From an uncultured Candidatus Saccharibacteria bacterium (lineage in GTDB: Bacteria; Patescibacteriota; Minisyncoccia; Phycocordibacterales; UBA9973), in assembly GCA_964573395.1 (NCBI GenBank), contig CAZNJI010000004.1:27379-91378 (forward strand): DNA of 64,000 bases. The letters are read 5' to 3'. The notes beneath the pieces are model-generated. The model saw only the letters and a program-made list of their open reading frames with translations. It did not search any database and had not been told where the DNA came from. This document shows, in pieces, positions 27,413-36,505 of the stretch. How positions within the stretch are numbered: position 1 is the first letter of the stretch; each line of letters opens with the position of its first letter. Position numbers and translations under genes: made by a program.

Positions 27413-27443
27413 ATATACCCCCTAGGGGGTATATTTGTTTTAT
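27405..27443 (+). promoter_or_regulatory. csoR promoter with an overlapping CsoR-type operator palindrome (ACAAATATACCCC-CTAG-GGGGTATATTTGT)
   Basis: TTGACA 27405-27410; perfect 13-bp-arm palindrome 27409-27438 with an ATACCCC/GGGGTAT core like known CsoR operators. Confidence 0.6.
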
Positions 27444-27452
27444 ATGAAATAC

Positions 27453-27719
27453 ATGAATGAAAATAGTAAGGCAAAAGTCGTGCGCCGCCTAAAACTTTTA
27501 GAAGGCCAGGTTCGCGGACTTCAAAGGATGGTGGAAAACGACACCTACTGCATTGACGTGATCACGCAAACATCAGCGGTAAAACAAGGCTTGTCTAATG
27601 TCGAAGACTTGCTTCTTGAAAATCACCTTGGTCATTGCGTTTTCCATCAGGTGCAATCTGGTCAAACCAAAAAGGCCAAGGAAGAAATTATCAAAGTATA
27701 CAAGCTAAAGAGAAAATAA
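27453..27719 (+). CDS. csoR: Copper-sensing transcriptional repressor, CsoR/RcnR (DUF156) family
   Basis: [36 protein letters not shown]...HLGHC motif. ATG 27453 is in frame with the ORF-track start at 27435. Confidence 0.8.
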   Translation: MNENSKAKVVRRLKLLEGQVRGLQRMVENDTYCIDVITQTSAVKQGLSNVEDLLLENHLGHCVFHQVQSGQTKKAKEEIIKVYKLKRK

Positions 27720-27720
27720 T

Positions 27721-30015
27721 ATGCATACACAAACTTACAAAGTAAAAGGCATGCATTGCGCTTCCTGTTCCTCGGTCATCGAGAAAACGTTTAAGAAAGT
27801 TGAGGGAGTGCAATCTGCAGAGGTGAATTACGGCACAGAGAAAGCCAAAGTTTCTTTTGATCCGTCAAAAACGAATCCCCACGATCTTTCCAAGCACATC
27901 GAGCCACTTGGTTATTCTTTGGAGGTTCCTTCCACCGCCGAGGAGATGGGCATGTCGGAGAGTGAGCATGCGGCGCATTTGGGGTTGAATCAATCGAAAA
28001 AAGAAAAGCTTGCAGAGGTTGCGGATATGCGGATAAAAGTGCTTTCGGCTATTCCTATCGCTATTTTTGCGGCCCTCGTTATGGGTTGGGAGATTCTGGC
28101 GAAGTATGGCCTTGTCTCCGAGATGAGTACCGTGCTCGAGGAATTTTTCCACCATCTCCTCCCCGTGTTGGCGACATACATTCTTTTCGTTGTTGGTAAG
28201 CCATACCTGCTTGGTTTTTACAGATTCCTTCGATACGGCAAGGCAAACATGGACACCCTGATCGGCATTGGAACCGTTGCCGCATTTTTATATAGCTTTG
28301 CAGTTACCGCCTTTGAGGAAACGCTCAAGCCTTTTATAAACGTTGAGTATCAGTATTACGACGTGACAATCGTTGTCATTACGTTCATTGCACTTGGTAA
28401 ATATTTGGAGGCAAGATCAAAAATAAAAACAGGAGATGCAATTGAAAAACTTCTTAACCTCCAAGCTAAGACTGCGCTTGTCATTCGTGACGGCAAAGAG
28501 ATAGAAATTTCAGTAAACGACGTTAAGCATGGAGATTTGATTATTGTAAAACCCGGAGCAAAGATTCCGGTGGATGGCATCATAACCGAAGGCAGTTCTT
28601 TCGTTGATGAGTCTATGGTCACCGGAGAGCCGATGCCAGCACAGAAAAAAGTCGGAGATGGTGTAGTGTCAGGAACTATTAACACGAGCGGTTCATTTAC
28701 GTTTAAAGCCACGAAAGTTGGCTCGGAGACTTTGCTTGCCCAGATAATCAAGATGGTTGAAGAGGCTCAAGGGAGTAAAGCACCGATTCAAGCACTGGCA
28801 GACAAAATCTCATCTGTCTTTGTGCCTATCGTGCTTGTAATCGCATTCCTTACTCTTGGTGCGTGGCTCATTGTCGGCTCACAGTATATAGGATTCTCCC
28901 AATCTCTATCGTTTGGCCTAGTGTCGTTTGTCGGCATCCTAGTGATTGCGTGTCCATGCGCTTTGGGACTTGCTACCCCTACCGCCATCATTGTTGGTGT
29001 TGGCAAAGGGGCTAAGGAAGGCATTCTCATCAAAGATGCCGCTACCCTTGAAAAATTGCACAAGGTGGACACGGTCATTGTCGACAAAACCGGAACGATC
29101 ACTATTGGAAAACCAACGCTTGTCGATATTCAAAACCTCTCAAATCTAAAAGATGATGAACTAGTCTCAATTATTGCTTCGTTAGAGAAAAAATCAGAAC
29201 ATCCGATCGCCCATGCAATCGTAAGCTACGCTCAAGAAAAGAATATCCCATTATCAGAGACTTCAGCGTTCGAAGGGATACAAGGCAAAGGTCTCAAGGG
29301 TAGAGTTAAAGAAACTGAATACTTTGTCGGTAATGCAAAACTCATAAGTGATCTAGAACTTTCTTTTGATGCTACAAAATTTCATGAGTTTACATCCCAA
29401 GGCAAGACACCCGTTATTCTCTCTACCAAAGAAAAGGTGCTCGGTTTTGTGATGGTAGCTGATGAAATAAAACAGGAGTCAAAACAGGCTATCTCTGATC
29501 TCCATAAGCTGGGCATCAAGGTCGTCATGCTCACTGGCGATGATGAAAAAGCGGCAAAATATATTGCTTCGCTTGTCGGCATTGATGATGTTGTCGCCCA
29601 TGTGCTACCACAAAACAAACTTGAGAAGATACAGTCACTTCAATCACAAGGACGGATAGTGGCCATGGCTGGTGATGGTGTAAACGATGCTCCAGCACTC
29701 GCTCAGGCAGATGTGGGCATCGCTATGGGAACTGGAACTGATGTGGCGATTGAGTCAGCCGGTATCACGCTTCTTGGTGGCGATATCTCAAAACTTGTGA
29801 AGGCCATCAGACTCTCCAAGATCACCATGAGAGGAATCAAGCAAAATTTATTCTGGGCATTTATATACAACGTAGTGGGCATTCCACTTGCGGCAGGAGT
29901 TTTCTATCCGATTTTCGGATGGTTATTAAACCCTATTTTTGCCGGATTCGCCATGGCGATGTCATCGGTGTCAGTGGTGTCGAACTCACTCCGAATTAAA
30001 ACTAAGAAATTATAA
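27721..30015 (+). CDS. copA: Cu(I)-translocating P1B-type ATPase
   Basis: N-terminal HMA domain (GMHCASCSS), TM CPC motif ([11 protein letters not shown]), [15 protein letters not shown]. Confidence 0.95.
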   Translation: MHTQTYKVKGMHCASCSSVIEKTFKKVEGVQSAEVNYGTEKAKVSFDPSKTNPHDLSKHIEPLGYSLEVPSTAEEMGMSESEHAAHLGLNQSKKEKLAEVADMRIKVLSAIPIAIFAALVMGWEILAKYGLVSEMSTVLEEFFHHLLPVLATYILFVVGKPYLLGFYRFLRYGKANMDTLIGIGTVAAFLYSFAVTAFEETLKPFINVEYQYYDVTIVVITFIALGKYLEARSKIKTGDAIEKLLNLQAKTALVIRDGKEIEISVNDVKHGDLIIVKPGAKIPVDGIITEGSSFVDESMVTGEPMPAQKKVGDGVVSGTINTSGSFTFKATKVGSETLLAQIIKMVEEAQGSKAPIQALADKISSVFVPIVLVIAFLTLGAWLIVGSQYIGFSQSLSFGLVSFVGILVIACPCALGLATPTAIIVGVGKGAKEGILIKDAATLEKLHKVDTVIVDKTGTITIGKPTLVDIQNLSNLKDDELVSIIASLEKKSEHPIAHAIVSYAQEKNIPLSETSAFEGIQGKGLKGRVKETEYFVGNAKLISDLELSFDATKFHEFTSQGKTPVILSTKEKVLGFVMVADEIKQESKQAISDLHKLGIKVVMLTGDDEKAAKYIASLVGIDDVVAHVLPQNKLEKIQSLQSQGRIVAMAGDGVNDAPALAQADVGIAMGTGTDVAIESAGITLLGGDISKLVKAIRLSKITMRGIKQNLFWAFIYNVVGIPLAAGVFYPIFGWLLNPIFAGFAMAMSSVSVVSNSLRIKTKKL

Positions 30016-30018
30016 ATT

Positions 30019-31026
30019 ATGAAATCATACACATTCCACGTTTCCGGTACTCATTGTGCATCATGCAAAATATTCATTGAAGACACTCTTAATGAACAGA
30101 TTGGTATTGAGCGTACTCATGTTGATTTGAAAAGTGAAACTGTCTCGATTGACACTACCCTTGAAGAGAGCCAGCACAAACTCGCAGAAATATTGACTGA
30201 AAAAATAAAGCACAACGGCTATTCTCTGTCCGTCGAGAAGAAGGTTAAAGAAAAACAGAACGGTGATGTGATTTGGAAAGCATTGCCAATTGGAATTGGT
30301 TTTCTTGTTTTGTTTTTCTTACTACAGAAGTCAGGAATCCTTAATCTTGGAATTGGCGGACAAACTACACCAGTTACAAGTTTTATTATTGGTCTCATAG
30401 CGTCAGTGTCCAGCTGTCTTGCCATCGTGGGAGGTTTGGTTTTATCTCTCTCCGCTAAGATATCACAGGACAACGTGAGCGATACAAAGACGTTCGTGCT
30501 TTTTCACGCAGGAAGGCTTGTAAGCTTTGCGGCCCTGGGTGGTGTTCTTGGGGCGGTTGGCAGTGCAATCGGCATTAACTTTACGCTTACCTCAATACTG
30601 GGGCTTTTGGCATCGGTGGTAATGCTGTTACTCGGTCTGAACTTGGTCGGAGTGTTTGAAAAAAATAAAGTTGCGCTACCTTCAGGACTATTCAATTTTT
30701 TTAGGAGAATCGAGCATAAGACATTCACCCCTCTTGTTCTTGGTTTTGCTACATTTTTCTTGCCGTGTGGCTTTACACAGTCGATGCAGGTTTCTGCACT
30801 GGGAAGCGGATCGTTTATGTCCGGACTTTTTATCATGCTTGCATTCGCACTTGGAACACTGCCAATGCTCGTGCTTCTTTCATTCGGTTCGGCCTCGTTT
30901 GCCCACGGGAAGCACGCTCCATTGTTTTTTAAGTCAGCAGGAATAGTGGTGATCGGACTCGGACTGTTTGCGTTTCTCGCTGGACTTGCCGGGCTCGGAA
31001 TTATTAACCCACTATTTAACATTTAA
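30019..31026 (+). CDS. HMA-domain membrane protein with a DsbD/CcdA-like transmembrane thiol domain
   Basis: N-terminal GTHCASC metal-binding fold; six or more TM helices with membrane-embedded Cys (SSCLA, FLPCGF). Confidence 0.6.
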   Translation: MKSYTFHVSGTHCASCKIFIEDTLNEQIGIERTHVDLKSETVSIDTTLEESQHKLAEILTEKIKHNGYSLSVEKKVKEKQNGDVIWKALPIGIGFLVLFFLLQKSGILNLGIGGQTTPVTSFIIGLIASVSSCLAIVGGLVLSLSAKISQDNVSDTKTFVLFHAGRLVSFAALGGVLGAVGSAIGINFTLTSILGLLASVVMLLLGLNLVGVFEKNKVALPSGLFNFFRRIEHKTFTPLVLGFATFFLPCGFTQSMQVSALGSGSFMSGLFIMLAFALGTLPMLVLLSFGSASFAHGKHAPLFFKSAGIVVIGLGLFAFLAGLAGLGIINPLFNI

Positions 31027-31030
31027 TTTT

Positions 31031-31423
31031 ATGAATAAAACCGCTTCCATTATCATCACGCTCGCACTTGTTATAGGTCTTGGCATTGTGTTTTTAGGGC
31101 AATCAAAAAATAACTCCGAGTCTACGACTGGATCAGCTCAAAACGTCGAAATACGAGACGGGGTTCAGTACGTCACCATTAACGCTCGAGGCGGATACTC
31201 TCCCAAGGTGACTAAAGCGCAAGCCAACATGCCGACAAAATTGATTGTTAAAACCAATGGCACATACGATTGTTCGGCATCGCTCGTTATCAGATCAATT
31301 GGTTATCAGAAAATCTTACCTCAAACAGGAGAAGAACTTATTGATCTTGGTACTCCGCAAGCTGGAACAGTCCAAGGTCTTTGCAGTATGGGAATGTACA
31401 ATTTCGCAGTCAATTTTAAGTAG
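31031..31423 (+). CDS. Membrane-anchored putative copper-binding protein (cupredoxin-like?), 130 aa
   Basis: N-terminal TM anchor; conserved Cys/Met pattern (TYDCS...GLCSMGMY); sits in the cop cluster. ATG 31031 is in frame with ORF 30968. Confidence 0.45.
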   Translation: MNKTASIIITLALVIGLGIVFLGQSKNNSESTTGSAQNVEIRDGVQYVTINARGGYSPKVTKAQANMPTKLIVKTNGTYDCSASLVIRSIGYQKILPQTGEELIDLGTPQAGTVQGLCSMGMYNFAVNFK

Positions 31424-31424
31424 C

Positions 31425-31466
31425 TGTCAAACTCGCCAAAAAATCAGAAAGCCCGCGCGGATTCCC
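31425..31466. repeat. Right copy of the perfect 42-bp inverted repeat bounding the copper cassette
   Basis: Exact reverse complement of 27371-27412; lies 93 bp from the tmRNA 3' end. Confidence 0.9.
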
Positions 31467-31500
31467 CTGCGGATTCTGAGCGAAATTCAGGCGAAACACA

Positions 31501-31525
31501 GTGGGCGTGCCTTCGGCACGCCCAC
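31501..31525 (-). terminator. Hairpin GTGGGCGTGCC-TTCG-GCACGCCCAC downstream of the ssrA 3' end
   Basis: Perfect 10-bp stem; read on the minus strand it follows the tmRNA and precedes a U-rich run. Confidence 0.5.
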
Positions 31526-31559
31526 GCATTGGCTCGTTCAGAGCCTCTTAGTTCTGTTT

Positions 31560-31944
31560 TGGTGGAGATGGGGGGAATTGAACCCCCGTGCAATAGGGAA
31601 TGACATACAAATCTCCGTGCGCAGCACAACTTGGGCGTTTAAGCGATGCACGAACAAGTCGTGCAAACTGTGCATTGCCGATCCTTTACGTTGTCGTTTT
31701 GCTCTTAAGGAAAAGAGCAGAATCTATTCTGATGTTCTTACACCTCTACCTTTCTATCAGAAATTGAAAGGAGAGACGCCAGCTTGGCTTACGCGAAAGC
31801 TGGAGCGAAGGCCTTACCGAAGTAAGGAGACTTCACCTTAGCGACACTGTTGCCAGATATCGTGTGAACGAAGGTTGCGGGATTACGTCCGTACCCGGCA
31901 CGCATGCATGTCTAATTCTTCTATTGTCGATGCCGATCATCCCC
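31560..31944 (-). ncRNA. ssrA: tmRNA (SsrA), about 385 nt, with encoded CCA
   Basis: Minus-strand 5' end GGGGAUGAUCGGCAUCGAC resembles the tmRNA consensus GGGGCUGAUUCUGGAUUCGAC. The 3' end is GGGGGUUCAAUUCCCCC-CAUCUCC-ACCA, a T-arm plus acceptor pairing with the 5' GGGGAUG, with a G3:U wobble. The internal ORF GCU AAG GUG ... GCG UAA predicts the tag AKVKSPYFGKAFAPAFA. smpB lies just upstream. Confidence 0.85.
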
Positions 31945-32017
31945 CTAAATCATTTTGCTCTGCAAAATGATCGGGCGAACATCCTAGCCCGAAACGGGCG
32001 GATGTTTTAGCCATAAA

Positions 32018-32281
32018 TCACTTATTCTGCGATTTTAAATAATCAACTTTTAGTTTCCTTTTAAACCGACCTGCCCACAGGCTTTTGAGAAATCTTTCTC
32101 GGCTAAATGCCTGTACCTTACTCTCAAATTTTTCTGAGTGAATAAGCTCAACAGGTAAGCGGTTTTGTGTGGCAGGAACATGTCCATCTTGATGACGTTT
32201 AAGTCGATTATTTAAATTGCTTGTACAACCGACGTATAACTTTTTATCTTTAAGAGATATGAGTATATAGACGATATACAT
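32018..32281 (-). CDS. Stand-alone GIY-YIG nuclease-domain protein (87 aa), wedged between smpB and ssrA
   Basis: MYIVYILISLKDKKLYVGCTSNLNNRLKRHQDG...ELIHSE...RERFLK is a GIY-YIG/URI signature. Paralogue of the gene at 10646-10915. Confidence 0.75.
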   Translation of the reverse strand: MYIVYILISLKDKKLYVGCTSNLNNRLKRHQDGHVPATQNRLPVELIHSEKFESKVQAFSRERFLKSLWAGRFKRKLKVDYLKSQNK

Positions 32282-32293
32282 ACAAGTAAGGGT

Positions 32294-32731
32294 TTACGCA
32301 TATTCGCGCCGCAGTTCGCGGTCGAGGTCGCGTTTTTTGATTCTGTCGCGTTTGTCAAAGCGCTTCTTTCCGCGAACAATGGCCACTCGGGCCTTAATTC
32401 GCTTGCCTTTGGTATACAGCGAAACAACGACTGCTGTCAAACCTTTTTCTTTCATTCTTCCAGAAATATCAAGCAGTTCTTTTTTATGGAGCAACAGCTT
32501 TCGGGAACGGTACGGGTCGAAGTCTTCTTTGGTATTCCCAGGCTGATGCGGGGGTATGTGGGCGCCAAGTAAAAACAGTTCGCCCGAAAGGAGGGCAACA
32601 TAGGAACCGTCGAGGCTGCCTTTGTGCGTTCGAATCGATTTCGTTTCGGTGCCCAAAAGCTCAATCCCTGCTTCGTAGGTCTCAAGGATTTCATACTCAA
32701 ACGAAACTTTTTTGTTCGACAAAAGCGTCAT
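32294..32731 (-). CDS. smpB: SsrA-binding protein SmpB
   Basis: YEILETYEAGIELLGTEVKSIR...GSYV...LLGAHIPPH...RKLLLHKKEL motifs. Confidence 0.92.
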   Translation of the reverse strand: MTLLSNKKVSFEYEILETYEAGIELLGTETKSIRTHKGSLDGSYVALLSGELFLLGAHIPPHQPGNTKEDFDPYRSRKLLLHKKELLDISGRMKEKGLTAVVVSLYTKGKRIKARVAIVRGKKRFDKRDRIKKRDLDRELRREYA

Positions 32732-32766
32732 ATCGTTATCCTAGCACAATATGTTATATTGGCCGG

Positions 32767-34539
32767 ATGGAAAAATATAAGACTGAATGGGATTTAGCTC
32801 TCCTCTATAAAAGCGATAATGATCCGCAAATCGAAAAAGACATGCAGACAATTGAAAAAGCATGTGCCGATTTTGAGAAAAAATATCGGAACAAAGACTT
32901 TACCTCAACTCCAGAAAAACTTCGAAAGGCTTTAGAGGATTCAGAAGCGCTCAGTAAAAAAATAATGGGACATAAGCCATGGTGGTATTTCATGCTTCGA
33001 TCTCATATGGACTCAGAAAATAGCGTAGCAAAGGCCATGGTAACACAATTTGAACAGCGTCTTACAAAATCATCCAACAAAATAACTTTTTTTTCACTAA
33101 AAGTTGCTGCGATTCCTAAAAAAGACCAAAAGAAATTTCTCACCAATTCTTTACTTAAGCCATTTAAATATAATCTTGAGCATTCATTTGAAAATGCAAA
33201 ATATAACTTGACTGAGGCGGAAGAAAATATGGCTAGCCTGTTTTCACAAACCAGTTATTCAATGTGGGTAAGCGCACAAGAGAAAAGTTTATTCCAGCAG
33301 TTAATTGATTTTAAAGGAGAAAAGATTCCCGTCTCTAAAGCAAGAGAATTACTCGCCGATCTTCCCAAAAAGGACCGTCATGAGTTATATAAAAAAATCA
33401 CTGACACACTTAAATTTGTTAGTCAATTTGCCGAAGCCGAAATAAACGCAATATGCAATTATAAAAAAGTACTCGATGAAAAGCGTGGATATAAAGAACC
33501 CTACAGTGCTTCGGTTATTGGTAATGAAAATACAGAAAAAGAAATTGAATTGCTCGCATCTGTCGTTACTAAATATTTTTCAATTAGTCATCGGTTTTAT
33601 AAATTACACGCAAAACTTCTTAAAGAAAAAACGATAACCAGAGCAGATGCAAGTGCAAAAATCGGAGAGATAAAAAAGAAATTTAATTTCCCTGAAATGG
33701 TTAAGGTTATTAATAATGCTTTTGAAAAAGTTGGGCCATGGTATGTCGACATGTTCAAAAAATATTTAACCCAAGGACAAATTGATGTATATCCACGGAA
33801 AGGAAAATACTCAGGAGGGTATCACTGGAAAACCGGCAGTAATCCTTCTTTTATTTTACTTAACCATGTTGACAGTATTAGATCAGTAGAAACACTGGGA
33901 CATGAGATGGGACATGCTTTTCATGGCGAGCTGAGTCAATTGCAGCCTCCGCGCTATCAAGATCATCCATCTTCAACGGCAGAAGTGGCGAGTACGTTTT
34001 TTGAACAGATTGTTACCGACGAAATTGAAAATATTCTTTCCGATAAAGAGAAAATTATTATGACTCATAGTAAATTGGCGCGCGATATCCATACTATTTT
34101 TACTCAAATTGCTTGCTTTAATTTTGAAACAGACCTGCATAAAAAAATTAGAGGAAAAGGACAGCTCTCAAAAGATGAAATAGCAGAATTAATGGGAAAA
34201 CACTTAAAGGCATACACTGGCCCAGCTATGAAAATTAATTCTGATGATGGATATATTTTTGTTTCTTGGATGCATCTGAGAATGTTTTTCTATACGTATA
34301 CCTATGCATATGGACATATCATAAGTAAGGCAATGTATGAGTGCTGGAAAAAAGATCGTTCTTTTGAATCAAAAGTAAGAGAATTTCTCAGTGCTGGAAG
34401 TTCAATGAGTCCTCGAGATATCTTTAAAAAAATTGGAATTGACATTAACGATCCAAAGTTTTTTGAGTCAGGACTTAAAGCCATTGATGCTGATATCACT
34501 AAGCTTGAAAAACTAGCAAAGAAAAACGGGCTGATTTAA
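32767..34539 (+). CDS. pepF: Oligoendopeptidase F, M3B family
   Basis: Zinc motif HEMGHAFH plus a downstream Glu; 590 aa. Confidence 0.85.
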   Translation: MEKYKTEWDLALLYKSDNDPQIEKDMQTIEKACADFEKKYRNKDFTSTPEKLRKALEDSEALSKKIMGHKPWWYFMLRSHMDSENSVAKAMVTQFEQRLTKSSNKITFFSLKVAAIPKKDQKKFLTNSLLKPFKYNLEHSFENAKYNLTEAEENMASLFSQTSYSMWVSAQEKSLFQQLIDFKGEKIPVSKARELLADLPKKDRHELYKKITDTLKFVSQFAEAEINAICNYKKVLDEKRGYKEPYSASVIGNENTEKEIELLASVVTKYFSISHRFYKLHAKLLKEKTITRADASAKIGEIKKKFNFPEMVKVINNAFEKVGPWYVDMFKKYLTQGQIDVYPRKGKYSGGYHWKTGSNPSFILLNHVDSIRSVETLGHEMGHAFHGELSQLQPPRYQDHPSSTAEVASTFFEQIVTDEIENILSDKEKIIMTHSKLARDIHTIFTQIACFNFETDLHKKIRGKGQLSKDEIAELMGKHLKAYTGPAMKINSDDGYIFVSWMHLRMFFYTYTYAYGHIISKAMYECWKKDRSFESKVREFLSAGSSMSPRDIFKKIGIDINDPKFFESGLKAIDADITKLEKLAKKNGLI

Positions 34540-34582
34540 GAAAAACCCTGGGCAGTCAAGGTTTTTCGTGTATAATCGCCTT

Positions 34583-36499
34583 ATGCCGGAATTAAAAAAA
34601 CCGAACAAGCAGCCGCTCCCGCCGCGACCAAAGCTCACGTCGTATATTTTCAGCGCGCTTCTTATTTTTGTACTCATCAGCGTGCTCTACTCGAGCATCT
34701 CGAAGCTCGTTCCGAAGAAGCTTGAAACGATCCCGCTCTCCGACGTAGCGGCACTCGTTAACCAAGGTGCAGTAACTGCCATTACTGTTGACGGACAGGA
34801 GCTTGAAATAACGAAAACCGATGGAACGATGGTGAAGTCGAAAAAGGAAGCCGACGCATCGCTGATTGAGACGTTCTCAGCGTATAACGTCGATCAGGCA
34901 AAACTTTCTGCAACCAAAATTACGATTGCCGAAGAAAGCGCTGGATTCTTTTTCCTGGTTACGCTTCTGCCAATTATTCTGCCGGTTGGCTTGATTATTT
35001 TCTTCTTCTGGATGCTCACCCGCCAGGCGAAAGGGGCAGGAATGCAAGCATTCTCATTTGGGCAGTCGAAGGCGCGCGTTACCGACCCCTCTGACAAGCG
35101 CAATCGCGTTACTTTCAAAGACGTTGCCGGAGCAAAAGAAGCAAAAGAGGAATTGAAAGAAATCGTTGATTTCCTGCGGAACCCGAAAAAGTTTCTTGAT
35201 ATCGGTGCGCGCATTCCGAAAGGCGTGCTCTTAACCGGTGCACCAGGAACGGGAAAGACCTTGCTTGCTCGCGCAGTTGCAGGGGAAGCAGGCGTGCCAT
35301 TCTTCCATCTTTCTGGGTCCGAATTTGTTGAAATGTTTGTGGGCGTTGGCGCATCGCGCGTTCGTGATTTGTTCAAAATGGCAAAGCGGGCGGCACCGGC
35401 AATTATTTTCGTAGACGAAATTGATGCAGTTGGCCGCGTGCGCGGTACCGGCTACGGCGGGGGAAACGACGAGCGCGAACAAACGCTCAACCAAATTCTG
35501 GTTGAAATGGATGGCTTCGAGCCCAATGACAAGGTAATCGTGATGGCGGCAACAAACCGCTCAGACGTGCTTGATCCGGCACTGCTTCGCCCGGGCCGAT
35601 TCGACCGGCGTGTCATGCTTGATTTGCCTGACCGAAAAGACCGAGAAGAAATTTTGAGCGTGCACTCAACCAAGAAGCCGCTTGCTGAAGATGTAAATTT
35701 GAAAGTCGTTGCAGAGCGAACTCCGGGATTTTCCGGCGCCGATCTTTTCTCGCTCATGAACGAGGGGGCAATTTTGGCAGCGCGCGAAAACCGAAAGAAG
35801 ATTTCGCAGTACGATTTGATTCGTTCGATCGAAAAAGTCATGCTTGGCCCTGAGCGAAAGAGCCACCTGCTTTCAAAAAAAGAAAAAGAAATCACCGCGT
35901 ACCATGAAGCGGGGCATGCGCTTGTTGCATCAGTTCTTCCACATGCCGATCCGGTGCACAAAGTTTCGATTGTTGCCCGCGGGCGCGCTGGGGGCTACAC
36001 ACTCTCGCTGCCGCTTGAAGAGCGCAAGCTGCAATCTCGAAAAGAATTCTTAGACGATCTGGCAATGAGCTTGGGCGGCTATGCAGCCGAGCAGTTGGTA
36101 TTCGGCGACATTACCACCGGTCCGTCGAATGACCTGCAGGTTGCAACAAACCTGGCGCGGGCGATGGTAACCCGCTGGGGAATGAGCGAAACCATTGGGC
36201 CAATTGCGCTTGAAAATGACGGCGGAAAAGTACTCTTCGGTTCGGGCGTTGACGGAAAAGACTACTCTGAAAAAGTGAGCGCGCTTATTGATGCGGAAGT
36301 AGAGCAAATTATGAAAACCGCACTTGAACGCGCGCAGACGGTATTAACCGAATACCGTAAGGCACTTGATGCTATCTCGTCTAAATTAATGGAGGTTGAA
36401 ACGCTGGAGCAAGATTCGTATGAACAGCTGATTTCCTCATTTGGCATTACACTCAAAAAAGATAAACCGGCAACGGCAGAATTCGGGCCGGAGCAATAA
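34583..36499 (+). CDS. ftsH: ATP-dependent zinc metalloprotease FtsH
   Basis: TM helices; AAA Walker [24 protein letters not shown]; SRH; protease motif HEAGHAL. A TATAAT at 34571-34576 suggests ATG 34583 is the start, possibly on a leaderless mRNA. Confidence 0.95.
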   Translation: MPELKKPNKQPLPPRPKLTSYIFSALLIFVLISVLYSSISKLVPKKLETIPLSDVAALVNQGAVTAITVDGQELEITKTDGTMVKSKKEADASLIETFSAYNVDQAKLSATKITIAEESAGFFFLVTLLPIILPVGLIIFFFWMLTRQAKGAGMQAFSFGQSKARVTDPSDKRNRVTFKDVAGAKEAKEELKEIVDFLRNPKKFLDIGARIPKGVLLTGAPGTGKTLLARAVAGEAGVPFFHLSGSEFVEMFVGVGASRVRDLFKMAKRAAPAIIFVDEIDAVGRVRGTGYGGGNDEREQTLNQILVEMDGFEPNDKVIVMAATNRSDVLDPALLRPGRFDRRVMLDLPDRKDREEILSVHSTKKPLAEDVNLKVVAERTPGFSGADLFSLMNEGAILAARENRKKISQYDLIRSIEKVMLGPERKSHLLSKKEKEITAYHEAGHALVASVLPHADPVHKVSIVARGRAGGYTLSLPLEERKLQSRKEFLDDLAMSLGGYAAEQLVFGDITTGPSNDLQVATNLARAMVTRWGMSETIGPIALENDGGKVLFGSGVDGKDYSEKVSALIDAEVEQIMKTALERAQTVLTEYRKALDAISSKLMEVETLEQDSYEQLISSFGITLKKDKPATAEFGPEQ

Positions 36500-36505
36500 T
36501 ATTCT

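Noticed and set aside
27371-31466. Possibility that the two 42-bp copies are just two independent intrinsic terminators
   Set aside because: They match exactly over 42 bp, including 14 bp beyond the T-run that carries the TTGACA box. That is not expected from convergent evolution. Terminator function of the left copy is still plausible, so this is kept as a finding.
31245-31841. 198-aa plus-strand ORF
   Set aside because: Lies entirely antisense to and overlapping the tmRNA gene (31560-31944, minus strand). Arg/Ser-rich low-complexity translation typical of an antisense ORF.
35452-35961. 169-aa minus-strand ORF
   Set aside because: Inside ftsH, which is supported by AAA and HExxH motifs on the plus strand.
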